From Lytechinus pictus (Eukaryota), in contig NC_087252.1 of assembly GCF_037042905.1 (NCBI RefSeq), positions 24,926,001-24,990,000 of the forward strand: a stretch of DNA of 64,000 nt. Direction: 5' to 3'. Under the pieces are notes generated by a model that did not search any database, had not been told where the DNA came from, and saw only the letters and a list, made by a program, of their open reading frames with translations. Each line of letters begins with the position of its first letter. Position 1 is the stretch's first letter. The translations under genes were made by a program, and so were the position numbers. Positions 50,113 through 56,936 of this stretch are shown piece after piece.

Positions 50113-52119
50113 GTCATGATCATGATGATGATGATGATGATAAGGTGGTGGTGATGATGGTGGTGGTGGGCATGATGATGGTGGTGATGATGATGATGAT
50201 AATGATGGTCATCATGATCATGATGATTGTGATGATAATGGTTGCATGATGATGATGTTGATGATGATGATGATGATAAGATGGGGATGATGGTGGTGGG
50301 CATGATGATGTTGATGAAAATGAAGAAGGTGATGATGATGATGATGATGATGATGGTCATCATGATGATGATGATGATGGTTGCATGATGATGATGATGA
50401 TGATGATGATGATGGCGGTGGTGCTGATGGTGATGATGGTGATGATGATGGTGGTGGTGCTGATGACGATGATGATGATGCTGATGGTGATGATGATGGT
50501 GGTGGTGGGCATGATGATGTTGGTGATGATGATGATGATAATGATGGTCATCATGATCATGATGATTGTGATGATAATGGTTGCATGATGATGATGATGA
50601 TGATGATGATGATAGTGATGATGGTTGCATGATCATGATGATGATTGTGATGATGATAGTGATGATGGTTGCATGATGATGATGACGATGATGGTGGTGG
50701 TGGTGATGGTGATGATGATGATTTTGATGGTGACGATGATGATGTTGGTAATGAATATGATGATGGTGATGATGATGATGATGATGATGATGGTCATCAT
50801 GATGATGATAAGGTCGTGATGATGATGATGACGATGATGATGGTGGTGGTGGTGATGGTGATGATGGTGATGATGATGATGATGATGATGATTTTGATGG
50901 TGACGATGATGATGGTGGTAATGATTATGATGATGGTGATGATGATGATTGTGATGATGATGATGGTGGTGGTGGTGGTGGTGATGCTGATGATGGTGAT
51001 GATGATGATGATTTTGATGGTGACGATGATGATGGTGGTAATGATCATGATGATGGTGATGATGATGATGATCAAGAAGCACTTGATCATATGACCTAAA
51101 TCCTTTGGGTGTTTCACAAAGATTTAAGTGTGACTAAAAGTCAAATTTCCAATTGCACGCATGATAGAACGCAAAAATGACCCATTTATCAGAACATGTT
51201 AATGAGACGTGCCCTACTGCATACTTTTAATCAAATAAATCGTGCATTGAATATAAAAAGCAATATGAGAGCATCAGCATTTAAAGGACAAGTCCACCCA
51301 ACAAAAAGTTGATTTGCATAAAAAGATAACAATCCAACAAACATAACACTGAAAATTTCATCAAAATCGGATGTAAATTAAGAAAGTTATGACATTTTAA
51401 AGTTTTGCTTAATTTCACAAAATAGTTATATGCACATCCTGGTCGGTATGCAAATGAAGAGACTGATGACGTCATCCACTCACTATTTCTTTTGTATTTT
51501 ATTAGGTGAAATATGAAATATTCAAATTTTCTCCCCATTGTCAAGTGAAACAAAGATTAATTCCTCCCTGAACGTATGGAATTAGCATTGTTTAATATTA
51601 TATGGTTCAGTCCAGTTGGTCCTTATTGTCAAATCTGTAAAAAAAGAAATATTTTATAATCCAAACAATAAAAAACAATAGAAATAGTGAGTGAGGGACA
51701 TCATCGACTGTCTCATTTGCATGTCACTGAGTTGTGCATATTACTGTTTTGTGAAAAATAAACGAAACTTTAAAATGTCATAACTTTCTTATTTTACATC
51801 CGATTTTGATGAAATTTTCAGCGTTATGCTAGTTTGATTTTTCTCTATTTATTCAAATCTACATTTTTCTGGGATGAACTTGACCTTTAAGCATGTCTTT
51901 TGAGTCGGACTTAACTCTTTCTGAAACCTTCCTCCAGACGCTTCGCGCTGTGGGTTCTCACGTTGAAATGTGCCAATTTCTTTTTCATCACCCGCAGATC
52001 AATGTCATCCACTGCTTTTCACTTGTAACGATGGGAGGTGTATAACCATGGAGTGGAGATGTGACGAAATCATTGACTGCTCGGGAGCCGAAGACGAAGC
52101 AAACTGCCCCAATCCATAA
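12..52119 (+). CDS. Spliced gene (40 coding exons in window, 5' part outside window): giant LDLa/CUB mosaic extracellular protein, 29 LDLa + 10 CUB-like domains, about 2400 aa visible
   Basis: All 40 exons have AG acceptors, the 39 non-terminal exons have GT donors, and they join in one open frame (7223 nt) ending CPNP-TAA. LDLa 6-Cys/DE motifs and CUB SPNYP...F...GF motifs were read directly. Confidence 0.93.
324..919. mobile_element. TTAA-flanked MITE (Kolobok-like), family A
   Basis: TTAA-AGGGGAATGAAACC...GGTTTCATTCTCCT-TTAA; long internal inverted arms; related copy at 3427-4024. Confidence 0.8.
1272..1830. mobile_element. TTAA-flanked MITE family B, right end truncated
   Basis: Colinear with 12107-12703 and 62190-62763. 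Confidence 0.75.
3057..3404 (+). CDS. Exon 2, CUB-like 1
   Basis: acag|TA...TCCA|gtaagt; NITLVQG...NPSYPNPYP...GRGFQIEL; 348 nt; no Cys. Confidence 0.9.
3427..4024. mobile_element. TTAA-flanked MITE family A
   Basis: TTAA-AGGAGAATGAAAC...GTTTCATTCTCCT-TTAA. Confidence 0.8.
4089..4220. mobile_element. About 130-bp MITE family D (copies at 14107-14237, 38557-38686, 47785-47912)
   Basis: GGG..CGTAACACAAAGGTTAGCGAT...ATTGCTAAGCTTTGTG...GGGCCC termini in four dispersed copies. Confidence 0.7.
4963..5112 (+). CDS. Exon 3, LDLa
   Basis: [49 protein letters not shown]; tag|...|gtatgt; 150 nt. Confidence 0.92.
5120..5790 (+). repeat. Compound (GAT/GGT)n microsatellite
   Basis: Direct reading. Confidence 0.95.
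5902..8007. mobile_element. About 2.1-kb non-autonomous DNA transposon-like element with repeated TGTCCCGTACGACAC motif
   Basis: Termini GGGCGATTCCA / TGGAATCACCC (10/11 inverted match); motif at 6265, 6431, 6478, 7375-7430 (20-bp tandem), 7593 and 7980. Confidence 0.6.
8289..8402 (+). CDS. Exon 4, LDLa (last Cys codon split T|GC)
   Basis: [37 protein letters not shown]; cag|...T|gtgagt; 114 nt. Confidence 0.92.
8602..9210. mobile_element. TTAA-flanked MITE family C
   Basis: TTAA-AGGACAAGTCCACCCC...GGGGTGGACTTGACCT-TTAA; close copy at 51281-51890, fragment at 16312-16425. Confidence 0.85.
9565..9699 (+). CDS. Exon 5, LDLa
   Basis: [44 protein letters not shown]; 135 nt. Confidence 0.92.
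9762..10215. mobile_element. MITE with repeated GGACCAGTA motifs (related 5' end at about 63770)
   Basis: GGTCCGACGGTCCCAGACC(A/G)GTAAAA is shared by both loci. Confidence 0.5.
10876..10997 (+). CDS. Exon 6, N-terminal part of CUB-like 2 (ends phase 0)
   Basis: [40 protein letters not shown]|gtaaga; 122 nt. Confidence 0.88.
11313..11495 (-). mobile_element. 3' fragment of an L2/CR1-type LINE ORF2
   Basis: RTRSS...[42 protein letters not shown], a typical L2/CR1 C-terminus (WNxLP...FKxxLKT). Confidence 0.8.
11865..12093 (+). CDS. Exon 7, C-terminal part of CUB-like 2 (not in ORF track)
   Basis: acag|[22 protein letters not shown]...[25 protein letters not shown]|gtaagt; 229 nt, restores phase 1. 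Confidence 0.87.
12107..12703. mobile_element. TTAA-flanked MITE family B
   Basis: GGATGGTCCGGGCTGAA...TTCAGCCTGGACCATCC terminal inverted repeats (TIRs) with TTAA ends. Confidence 0.85.
13206..13331 (+). CDS. Exon 8, LDLa
   Basis: [41 protein letters not shown]; 126 nt. Confidence 0.92.
13346..13553. mobile_element. About 210-bp MITE family G (copy at 44207-44420; interrupted copy at 51107-51935)
   Basis: GGGTGTTTCACAAAGATTTAAG...TTAAATCTTTGTGAAACAC TIRs. Confidence 0.7.
13635..14085. repeat. Interspersed repeat; inverted copy at 36075-36570, fragment at 19360-19500
   Basis: Both loci translate to the same strings on opposite strands ([22 protein letters not shown]), showing high nucleotide identity. 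Confidence 0.8.
14413..14772 (+). CDS. Exon 9, CUB-like 3
   Basis: [20 protein letters not shown]...VWVEFYVGG...PGFSATAEL; 360 nt. Confidence 0.9.
15218..15346 (+). CDS. Exon 10, LDLa
   Basis: [42 protein letters not shown]; 129 nt. Confidence 0.92.
15806..16150 (+). CDS. Exon 11, CUB-like 4
   Basis: [22 protein letters not shown]...[20 protein letters not shown]|gtgagt; 345 nt. Confidence 0.9.
16743..16901. mobile_element. About 160-bp MITE family F (copies at 19670-19915, 31070-31220)
   Basis: GCGTTTCATCAACATTTTTGTCCGACAAG...TTTCATGAAACGC. Confidence 0.65.
17533..17664 (+). CDS. Exon 12, LDLa
   Basis: [43 protein letters not shown]; 132 nt. Confidence 0.92.
17960..18212 (+). mobile_element. 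tRNA-derived SINE
   Basis: GTGGTTAAG A-box remnant, GGTTCGATTCC B-box, AAATGGGTACC core and short TAT tail; reverse copy at 44730-44995. Confidence 0.8.
18445..18775 (-). mobile_element. tRNA-derived SINE (second family; fragments at 32670-32790 and 38165-38320)
   Basis: Minus strand has GTGGTGTAGCGG...GTTCGAATTCC, the AAATGGGTACC core and an (ATT)n tail. Confidence 0.75.
18964..19089 (+). CDS. Exon 13, LDLa
   Basis: [41 protein letters not shown]; 126 nt. Confidence 0.9.
20717..20833 (+). CDS. Exon 14, LDLa
   Basis: [38 protein letters not shown]; 117 nt. Confidence 0.92.
20865..21325. repeat. About 190-220-bp degenerate tandem repeat, three heads
   Basis: AAAAAGGTAATCAAAGTTCAAAGGTCAGCTATATCAA recurs at about 20870, 21060 and 21285. 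Confidence 0.7.
21800..22060 (+). repeat. (GAT)n microsatellite
   Basis: Direct reading. Confidence 0.95.
22117..22248 (+). CDS. Exon 15, LDLa
   Basis: [43 protein letters not shown]; 132 nt. Confidence 0.92.
22739..23077 (+). CDS. Exon 16, CUB-like 5
   Basis: [18 protein letters not shown]...WHITAPEG...[12 protein letters not shown]; 339 nt. Confidence 0.9.
23919..24059 (+). CDS. Exon 17, LDLa
   Basis: [46 protein letters not shown]; 141 nt. Confidence 0.92.
24085..24330 (+). repeat. (GAT/GGT)n microsatellite
   Basis: Direct reading. Confidence 0.95.
24618..24734 (+). CDS. Exon 18, LDLa (last Cys codon split T|GT)
   Basis: [38 protein letters not shown]; 117 nt. Confidence 0.9.
24780..25670 (+). 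repeat. (GAT/GGT)n microsatellite, about 0.9 kb
   Basis: Direct reading. Confidence 0.95.
26237..26377 (+). CDS. Exon 19, LDLa (atypical AAAAAG acceptor)
   Basis: [46 protein letters not shown]; 141 nt. Confidence 0.87.
26420..26700 (-). mobile_element. tRNA-derived SINE
   Basis: Minus strand has TGGCCCAGTGG A-box and GGTTCGAATCC B-box; core shared with the 17960 copy. Confidence 0.8.
26703..26945 (+). mobile_element. RTE-clade LINE C-terminal fragment
   Basis: [15 protein letters not shown]...YGDLLPIS...RFAGHCFR...ISDVIL...RGRG, the typical RTE-type RxxFAGH region. Confidence 0.7.
27028..27372 (+). CDS. Exon 20, CUB-like 6
   Basis: [22 protein letters not shown]...[20 protein letters not shown]; 345 nt. 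Confidence 0.9.
27967..28175 (+). mobile_element. 5' part of a HINE/DINE-like (Helentron-associated) element
   Basis: TTTTATACCTCCGCC start, (GTCT)n core, then AAATTTGG and AAAGGTCACA motifs. Confidence 0.55.
28515..29290 (+). repeat. About 140-150-bp tandem repeat (5 units) ending in the exon-21 acceptor
   Basis: GTATTCATATAGGAG heads at about 28518, 28671, 28808, 28948 and 29166; GAGGTCAAAGGTCA core. Confidence 0.8.
29262..29408 (+). CDS. Exon 21, LDLa
   Basis: [48 protein letters not shown]; 147 nt. Confidence 0.91.
30173..30432. mobile_element. About 260-bp MITE family H (copies at 38686-38910, 52972-53243, 53245-53496)
   Basis: GGGCCCCGTCTTACAAAG...ACTCTTTGTAAGAC..GGCCC TIRs with a shared interior. 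Confidence 0.7.
30506..30889. mobile_element. TTAA-flanked MITE
   Basis: TTAA-AGTGATTGGTTAAC...GTTAAACAATACCT-TTAA. Confidence 0.6.
30908..31018 (+). CDS. Exon 22, LDLa
   Basis: [36 protein letters not shown]; 111 nt. Confidence 0.92.
31670..31789 (+). CDS. Exon 23, LDLa
   Basis: [40 protein letters not shown]|gtgagt (a weaker in-phase donor lies 3 nt upstream); 120 nt. Confidence 0.9.
31915..32150 (+). mobile_element. Decayed RTE-clade LINE 3' end
   Basis: Frameshifted FEVAG...PKKTWKKQV...[11 protein letters not shown], followed by a TGAATCCGGCCA...CGGGGAC tail. Confidence 0.6.
32347..32472 (+). CDS. Exon 24, LDLa
   Basis: [41 protein letters not shown]; 126 nt. Confidence 0.92.
32881..33228 (+). 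CDS. Exon 25, CUB-like 7 (2 Cys)
   Basis: [18 protein letters not shown]...[13 protein letters not shown]...WISYHCG...RGFSITI; 348 nt. Confidence 0.9.
34279..34590. mobile_element. MITE family E (fragment at 16500-16706)
   Basis: GGCCCGTATTCTGAA...TTCAGAATACGGGCC TIRs. Confidence 0.75.
34639..34794 (+). CDS. Exon 26, LDLa
   Basis: [51 protein letters not shown]; 156 nt. Confidence 0.91.
35445..35567 (+). CDS. Exon 27, LDLa
   Basis: [40 protein letters not shown]; 123 nt. Confidence 0.92.
36598..36729 (+). CDS. Exon 28, LDLa
   Basis: [43 protein letters not shown]; 132 nt. Confidence 0.92.
37338..37679 (+). CDS. Exon 29, CUB-like 8
   Basis: [20 protein letters not shown]...[20 protein letters not shown]; 342 nt. 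Confidence 0.9.
37688..38002 (+). repeat. (TAG)n/(CAG)n microsatellite
   Basis: Direct reading. Confidence 0.95.
38406..38543 (+). CDS. Exon 30, LDLa
   Basis: [45 protein letters not shown]; 138 nt. Confidence 0.92.
39335..39448 (+). CDS. Exon 31, LDLa
   Basis: [37 protein letters not shown]; 114 nt. Confidence 0.92.
39602..39916. mobile_element. Foldback MITE with about 120-bp inverted arms
   Basis: AGAGAGTTTTCGCATT...AATGCGAAAACTCTCT; GAGAGCTGAGAGGCTTTTGTCGAAAGTTGG is mirrored. Confidence 0.75.
40160..40556. mobile_element. Foldback element built from about 16-nt CCATTTGGTCTAAT subrepeats
   Basis: Left arm repeats CATTT(G/C)GTC(T/C)AA, right arm repeats TT(A/G)GAC(C/G)AA(A/T)TGG; fragments at 10215-10330 and 23660-23810. 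Confidence 0.65.
40656..40781 (+). CDS. Exon 32, LDLa
   Basis: [41 protein letters not shown]; 126 nt. Confidence 0.91.
40801..41089 (+). repeat. (GAT)n microsatellite
   Basis: Direct reading. Confidence 0.95.
41256..42028 (+). mobile_element. HINE/DINE-like (Helentron-associated) element with about four 170-bp internal repeats
   Basis: Subterminal inverted repeats (IRs) ATACCCCCGCC (41260) / GGTGGGGGTAT (41991), 3' hairpin TATCAC-cttca-GTGATA, CTAGTT end. Confidence 0.75.
42053..42181 (+). CDS. Exon 33, LDLa
   Basis: [42 protein letters not shown]; 129 nt. Confidence 0.92.
42564..42905 (+). CDS. Exon 34, CUB-like 9 (2 Cys)
   Basis: [18 protein letters not shown]...[11 protein letters not shown]...[18 protein letters not shown]; 342 nt. 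Confidence 0.9.
43412..43552 (+). CDS. Exon 35, LDLa
   Basis: [46 protein letters not shown]; 141 nt. Confidence 0.92.
43588..43905 (+). repeat. Compound tetranucleotide array (TAAA/TGAA/TGAG/TGGG)
   Basis: Direct reading. Confidence 0.95.
44563..44688 (+). CDS. Exon 36, LDLa
   Basis: [41 protein letters not shown]; 126 nt. Confidence 0.92.
44730..44995 (-). mobile_element. tRNA-derived SINE, same family as 17960-18212
   Basis: Reverse-complement similarity along its whole length. Confidence 0.8.
45064..45286. mobile_element. MITE with about 57-bp TIRs
   Basis: CACCATGTATTCTTTCGTGGGCATA...TATGCCCACGAAAGAATACATGGTG. Confidence 0.75.
45520..45875 (+). repeat. About 90-bp tandem repeat of the exon-37 acceptor plus first about 65 coding nt (3 decayed copies + functional copy)
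   Basis: AATGT(C/G/T)AGG(A/G)AAATGAATTC(C/T)AGTGC... at about 45538, 45629, 45721 and 45809. Confidence 0.88.
45809..45952 (+). CDS. Exon 37, LDLa
   Basis: [47 protein letters not shown]; 144 nt. Confidence 0.9.
46660..46992 (+). CDS. Exon 38, CUB-like 10
   Basis: [20 protein letters not shown]...VTAPEG...[20 protein letters not shown]; 333 nt. Confidence 0.9.
47473..47929. mobile_element. piggyBac-like MITE carrying a nested family-D MITE
   Basis: TTAA-CCCTTA...TAAGGG-TTAA termini. Confidence 0.7.
48253..49441 (+). mobile_element. HINE/DINE-like (Helentron-associated) element with six 145-190-bp internal tandem repeats
   Basis: T-run start, perfect subterminal IRs GTCTCACCTGC (48258) / GCAGGTGAGAC (49409), (GGC)n core; repeat heads at about 48359, 48551, 48714, 48881, 49026 and 49195. 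Confidence 0.8.
49505..49633 (+). CDS. Exon 39, LDLa
   Basis: [42 protein letters not shown]; 129 nt. Confidence 0.91.
49712..51072 (+). repeat. (GAT/GGT)n array, about 1.35 kb, with internal higher-order duplications
   Basis: GGTCATCATGATCATGATGATTGTGATGATAATGGTTGCATG block recurs. Confidence 0.95.
51281..51890. mobile_element. TTAA-flanked MITE family C nested in a family-G MITE
   Basis: TTAA ends; host arms at 51107-51280 and 51891-51935. Confidence 0.85.
51998..52119 (+). CDS. Exon 40, terminal LDLa with stop codon
   Basis: [42 protein letters not shown]; no donor GT after the module. Confidence 0.9.
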
Positions 52120-52149
52120 ATCGCTGCTCTCATCTGGGTCTAGTCGCAC

Positions 52150-52630
52150 AAATGTTAGCGACTGATCGTATGATCAATTTTTCCACAATTGATCGTATGA
52201 TTGAATTTCAAAATTGATCATATGAACAATTTTCACAATTGATTGAATTTCAAAATTGATCATATGATCAATTTTCACAATTGATCGTATGATTGAATTT
52301 CAAAATTGATCATATGAACAATTTTCACAATTGATTGAATTTCAAAATTGATCATATGATCAATTTTCACAATTGATCGTATGATTGAATTTCAAAATTG
52401 ATCATATGAACAAGTTTCACAATTCATTGTGCAATTGAATTTCAGAATCGATCAAATGAACAATTTTCACAATTCGTTGTGCAGTTGACTTTCACAATTA
52501 ATCATACAATTGAATTTTCACAGTTCATCGTGCAATTGAATTTCAAAATTGTCACATGAACAATTTTCACAATTTGTCATGCAATTGAGTTTCAGTATCG
52601 ATCTTTTGATTAATTTTGAAAATTGATTGT
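52150..52630 (+). repeat. 3' UTR minisatellite (about 25-nt unit, 92-bp higher-order period)
   Basis: AATTGATCGTATGATTGAATTTC at 52187, 52279 and 52371. Confidence 0.85.
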
Positions 52631-54420
52631 CAAAAAAGCTCAGAACGACATCAAATTAAAAAGAGTTCTTCTTCTGAAAAGCCTCCCCCCCTGAATCACT
52701 GTGTTAGCAGTGATGAATCTGATAGAAAAGTATTCATTGTAAATAATGAAGTAATAATTATTCTGAAGAATATAGTGATATTGTTCATGATAAAATACTC
52801 TAATGATATAATGAAAATAATCCTGAAGAATATATTAATATTTGTTAAAATATGACAATGATAATGATAAAAAAATTCTAATGATGATGATAATATGCAT
52901 GTAATATCAATGCTTATTATTTTGTACGGATTAATAGTTTAACATTGTGAACTCAAAAAATATGAACGTCAGGGGCCCATCTAACAAAAAGTTGCGATTG
53001 ATCCGATCAATCACAAGTATAGACGGCCAGCAACGTCATCATCTATTATGCATGTTTGTTCAAAATATTTTCCAGCTATGATGTATATTCATGCATTCAT
53101 TGTTTCTTGAAAATTCACTGTGCTTCTCTTTGTTTACGAAGGACATTGTGCAAATTTCCTGTCAAAAAAAATTATGACACTGATGGATTTCCATAGAGTT
53201 ACAATTGATTGGACCAATCATAACTCTTTGTAAGACAGGGCCCAGCCCCGTCTTTCAAAGATTCATGATTGATCCAATCTATCAGTGTCATAATTTTTTT
53301 TCTACAGGAAAATTTGCAAAATGTCCTTTGTAAAAAAAAGGAGAATGCACCAAATTGTCAAGAAATCAATGAATTTATGGATATACCTTCATATCTAAAA
53401 ATTTTAAAAGAAACATGCATTTTAGATGATGACTTTGCTGGCTTTCCATAGTTGCGATTGATTGGATCCATCGCAACTCTTTGTAAGACTGGGCCCTGGA
53501 GTTGGGTACCTTGTCGAAAGTTAGCCTTTCGTCTTTCAATGGCAAATGCCGGAAGCAGCCATTCATCACCAATTCTCCCATTTCAGAACAATTGGGAATG
53601 CAAGAAAGCCACTGTGAAAAGACACATACATGTAGCGCCTTCAAGGCAGGAATAAGCCCCGCGTTCGCACAAATGTATGATACGTATGTACCGTTGTCGA
53701 AACCCCCTGATGTCGGCCTAAATTTCTGTTCCAGAGCATCACCAATTTAGAAATTCCATAGAAATTCCTATTTTCTCGTTCCAGTGGGGCGCCAATCATG
53801 GACTACTCAGCTGGTCGGGGCAGCAAGCTCGATCGACGCGGAGTCATATGAGTTCTGGAGACCCATTTTTTATATGGTCAGTTCCAGAGCAATGCATTTT
53901 TAGCAATCGTTGATTCAAGGGCCGTTCTGGAGAACCCCATTCTTAAGACCAATATTTAGTTCCAGAGCCCCCTATTTTCGACTTTGGTGTGGCACATAGG
54001 TATCATGTTATAATTCGAGTAGCCCCCCCCCCCCCCCCTCCCCCGGATTAAGATCCAACACCAAATTTTGACAAGGTACCTTAAATCTTGTTTAATAATG
54101 ATTACGATTACCAATTATTTTACACAGCAGTACTGAGTTTTCTTCTTTCATATACTTACATTGTCTTTCATTATTCATGTTATTTTGCTCATTTTTGCTT
54201 TCATTTGAATATTTCTGTATTTTACGATTCAGCTGATGCTGCAGTTCGATCTTGAAATGAAAATACCCATGGTTGTTATTATTATAATTCTTATTAATGA
54301 TCTTATTTTTGTTGTTTTATTATCGTCATTACTATGGTTGCACAATGTGCCAATGAAATGGATATATTGCAACTCTGAAAAGATCAGTGAATATAATACT
54401 TGGTTATGTGATGACATTTT

Positions 54421-54426
54421 AATAAA
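54421..54426 (+). terminator. Candidate polyadenylation signal of the LDLa/CUB gene
   Basis: AATAAA about 2.3 kb after the stop; other copies near 54504 and 55091. AT-rich background makes this weak. Confidence 0.3.
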
Positions 54427-56936
54427 GAAATTTGAAGTAATTGATGCATGCCACGGATAATTGCCAAATGGCAGTGATAGGAATGCCCTGAGACCCTCGC
54501 ATAAATAAAGTAGAACAATACATGTAAACTGTTGGAATTAATTAAAATCACCATCATAGTCTACTTTTGGCATATATGACATGCCAATTGTTCATACACA
54601 TATTAGCAATCAATGGTGTTGATCCGTAGAAAGTTCTATTCATCTGGGGGATATGCATAATAATACAAAGCGCCATCCCCCCAATGAATAGAAAGCGCGA
54701 GCGGATCTACGCCCATGCATATTAGCATCTGAGACTCTTAGATTATTTACTGCCGGAACTTTAAATAGGATAATATATAGAGAGTATATTTTTTGCGAAG
54801 GTGTGTGAAAAACAAATTGTTTATGAATATCATGTACAAGCTTAATTGTCTAAATCTAATATTCTTTCCAGTACATCTTTCTTCAGGGCAATTAAGAGCA
54901 AATCAGATGTTTACTATGTAAGGTAGCATATAAACAATCAAACAGTACTACAAATGATTTCATGTAGCGAGTCATTTTTTTTCATTTATCATCTATGCAT
55001 CAGTTTTATATCGTGTGTTCTTATCAGTGGTGGTGGTGTTTTATCAATTTTATTACCATTTACATACATTTTAATATTATTACACAGAAAAATAAAATCT
55101 TATGTGAATTTTTTTTTTTAATTATGTGGATTCTTGTTGAAAAGAAACACTTTTCTTCTGAAATATATATATATATGCAAAAATGTATATGATTGTTTTC
55201 GGTAATGTAGTCCAGCACTCACTTACAGGTTTAATTAGTGCATGAAATTATGTACATGTAGAGGACGCCAAAATTGCAATAGATCATGTTCGTAATGTAG
55301 TGATAGTATTATTACATTTGAAATATTTTTGTATGCCATACATACATATACACTCATGTTTTTAACTTCTTTTTTAGAAAACATATTTTTAAATATCAGA
55401 CTTTCTTTGTCTCTATGAACATTTGAAATGACATATATATATAAACTCCCTTCAGTTCCAGCAGGTTAGTATGTCAAGCAATTCAAGACCTTAAATCACA
55501 ATGAAATAACACATGCGGATCTAGCTGGATCAGACGCAATTCTTTTGATGGGCCACCATTTTGCACAAACAATTTGGCCTCAAACATTGTATTGCATCTA
55601 ACCCAGCTGGAATCGCAATTGGAATATGCTGTAAATACATGAATCTTAGTTATTAATTTTGTTATTCACAATTCTTGTTTTCTTTACTGATCAATCTGGA
55701 TGATGTTTATATTTTTTATAAAGATGGGAGATCAGATATTTGATCACAGTGAAAGTTCTCAACTTTCTTTCAACATATTTCATGTGGTAAGAAATCATTA
55801 AGTGTATTAGACTTCATAGCAGTCATAATATGATTGATTCAAAATAAAATAATGCTCTTCTGTCTTATATACCAGATTCTAAAAAGTTTCATATGATTCT
55901 TTATTGAGTTATCATTATATATTAGACCCAATACTCCCTGAGTCTTTTGGGCTGAGTTATAACCGGGGATGCAGGGGGTTGGAATTATGCCCCCTATAAA
56001 ATCTCGGCCGAGGATCGCATAATCGCGACAAAATGAATTTATGTTGGTACAAAATGACATAATCTGCACGGTGGCATAGATAAATTTCACTAGATATTTC
56101 CAGCTTTTTTCCGGGGGGGGGGGGGGTGTCAAGAAGGACAATCACCCGGGAAGCGGCGAGCCAATTTATTTTCAGGTATTTCGAACCCCCTTAAGTGATG
56201 TTTTCCTAGCATCTACTAATGCAATGCAGACCATTAAAGGCAGTACATGCTGTAGGAATATATTTGATTTGATTTGATTTATTGTTTTCTTCTGCATCCA
56301 TGGAACATTCGTATAATACATTTTCCATAACATAATAAACATAATATGTTAGCATTTTTGGCATGAATCATAAATAAAAGGTACTAAAAAAATAAAAATA
56401 ATTCCAGACAAAAATGATTAACTACCAAATTATTATATGATATTCACAATTTTCAGGAGAAGGATTGTCATCATAAGCAGATTGCTTGAAGAAAAATGAC
56501 AATCCCATTGTGTGGGTGCACATTATTATTATTTTTTACTTGGCAGCCTGATGGGGGTGGGGTGGTTAAGCCCCCTACCCCCCCCCCCCCCCCTTCCCCC
56601 GGCCGTAGATCCGGCACTGTTTGATATGAATTTGTTGTGGTGATATATCCATAGAAAATAATTTGGCTTTAAATAAAGTCCACGATTTGCCATTTCAAGG
56701 GCTTTGCTTGAAGTTAAGTTATATTTCACTCTAAGTTTTCATATGAATATACTATGGTAAGTAAGTTACCAATAGAATAAGAATTTGGCTATATGTAAAG
56801 CCCCTGAATTGCATTACAAAATATTTTTACTGATAAAGGGAACTTTAACAATATTCTTGTACATGTGAATAAAGAGGACAAGAAGAAAGATGCAAATAAA
56901 AAGAGAAGAGGGAGAAAGAAGATGGTGACGTATGAT

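Noticed and set aside
12..52119. Calling the gene LRP2/megalin, LRP1, cubilin or a membrane serine protease
   Set aside because: No EGF, YWTD, TM or trypsin domain is visible, and LDLa and CUB modules are interleaved; any such label would reflect module similarity only.
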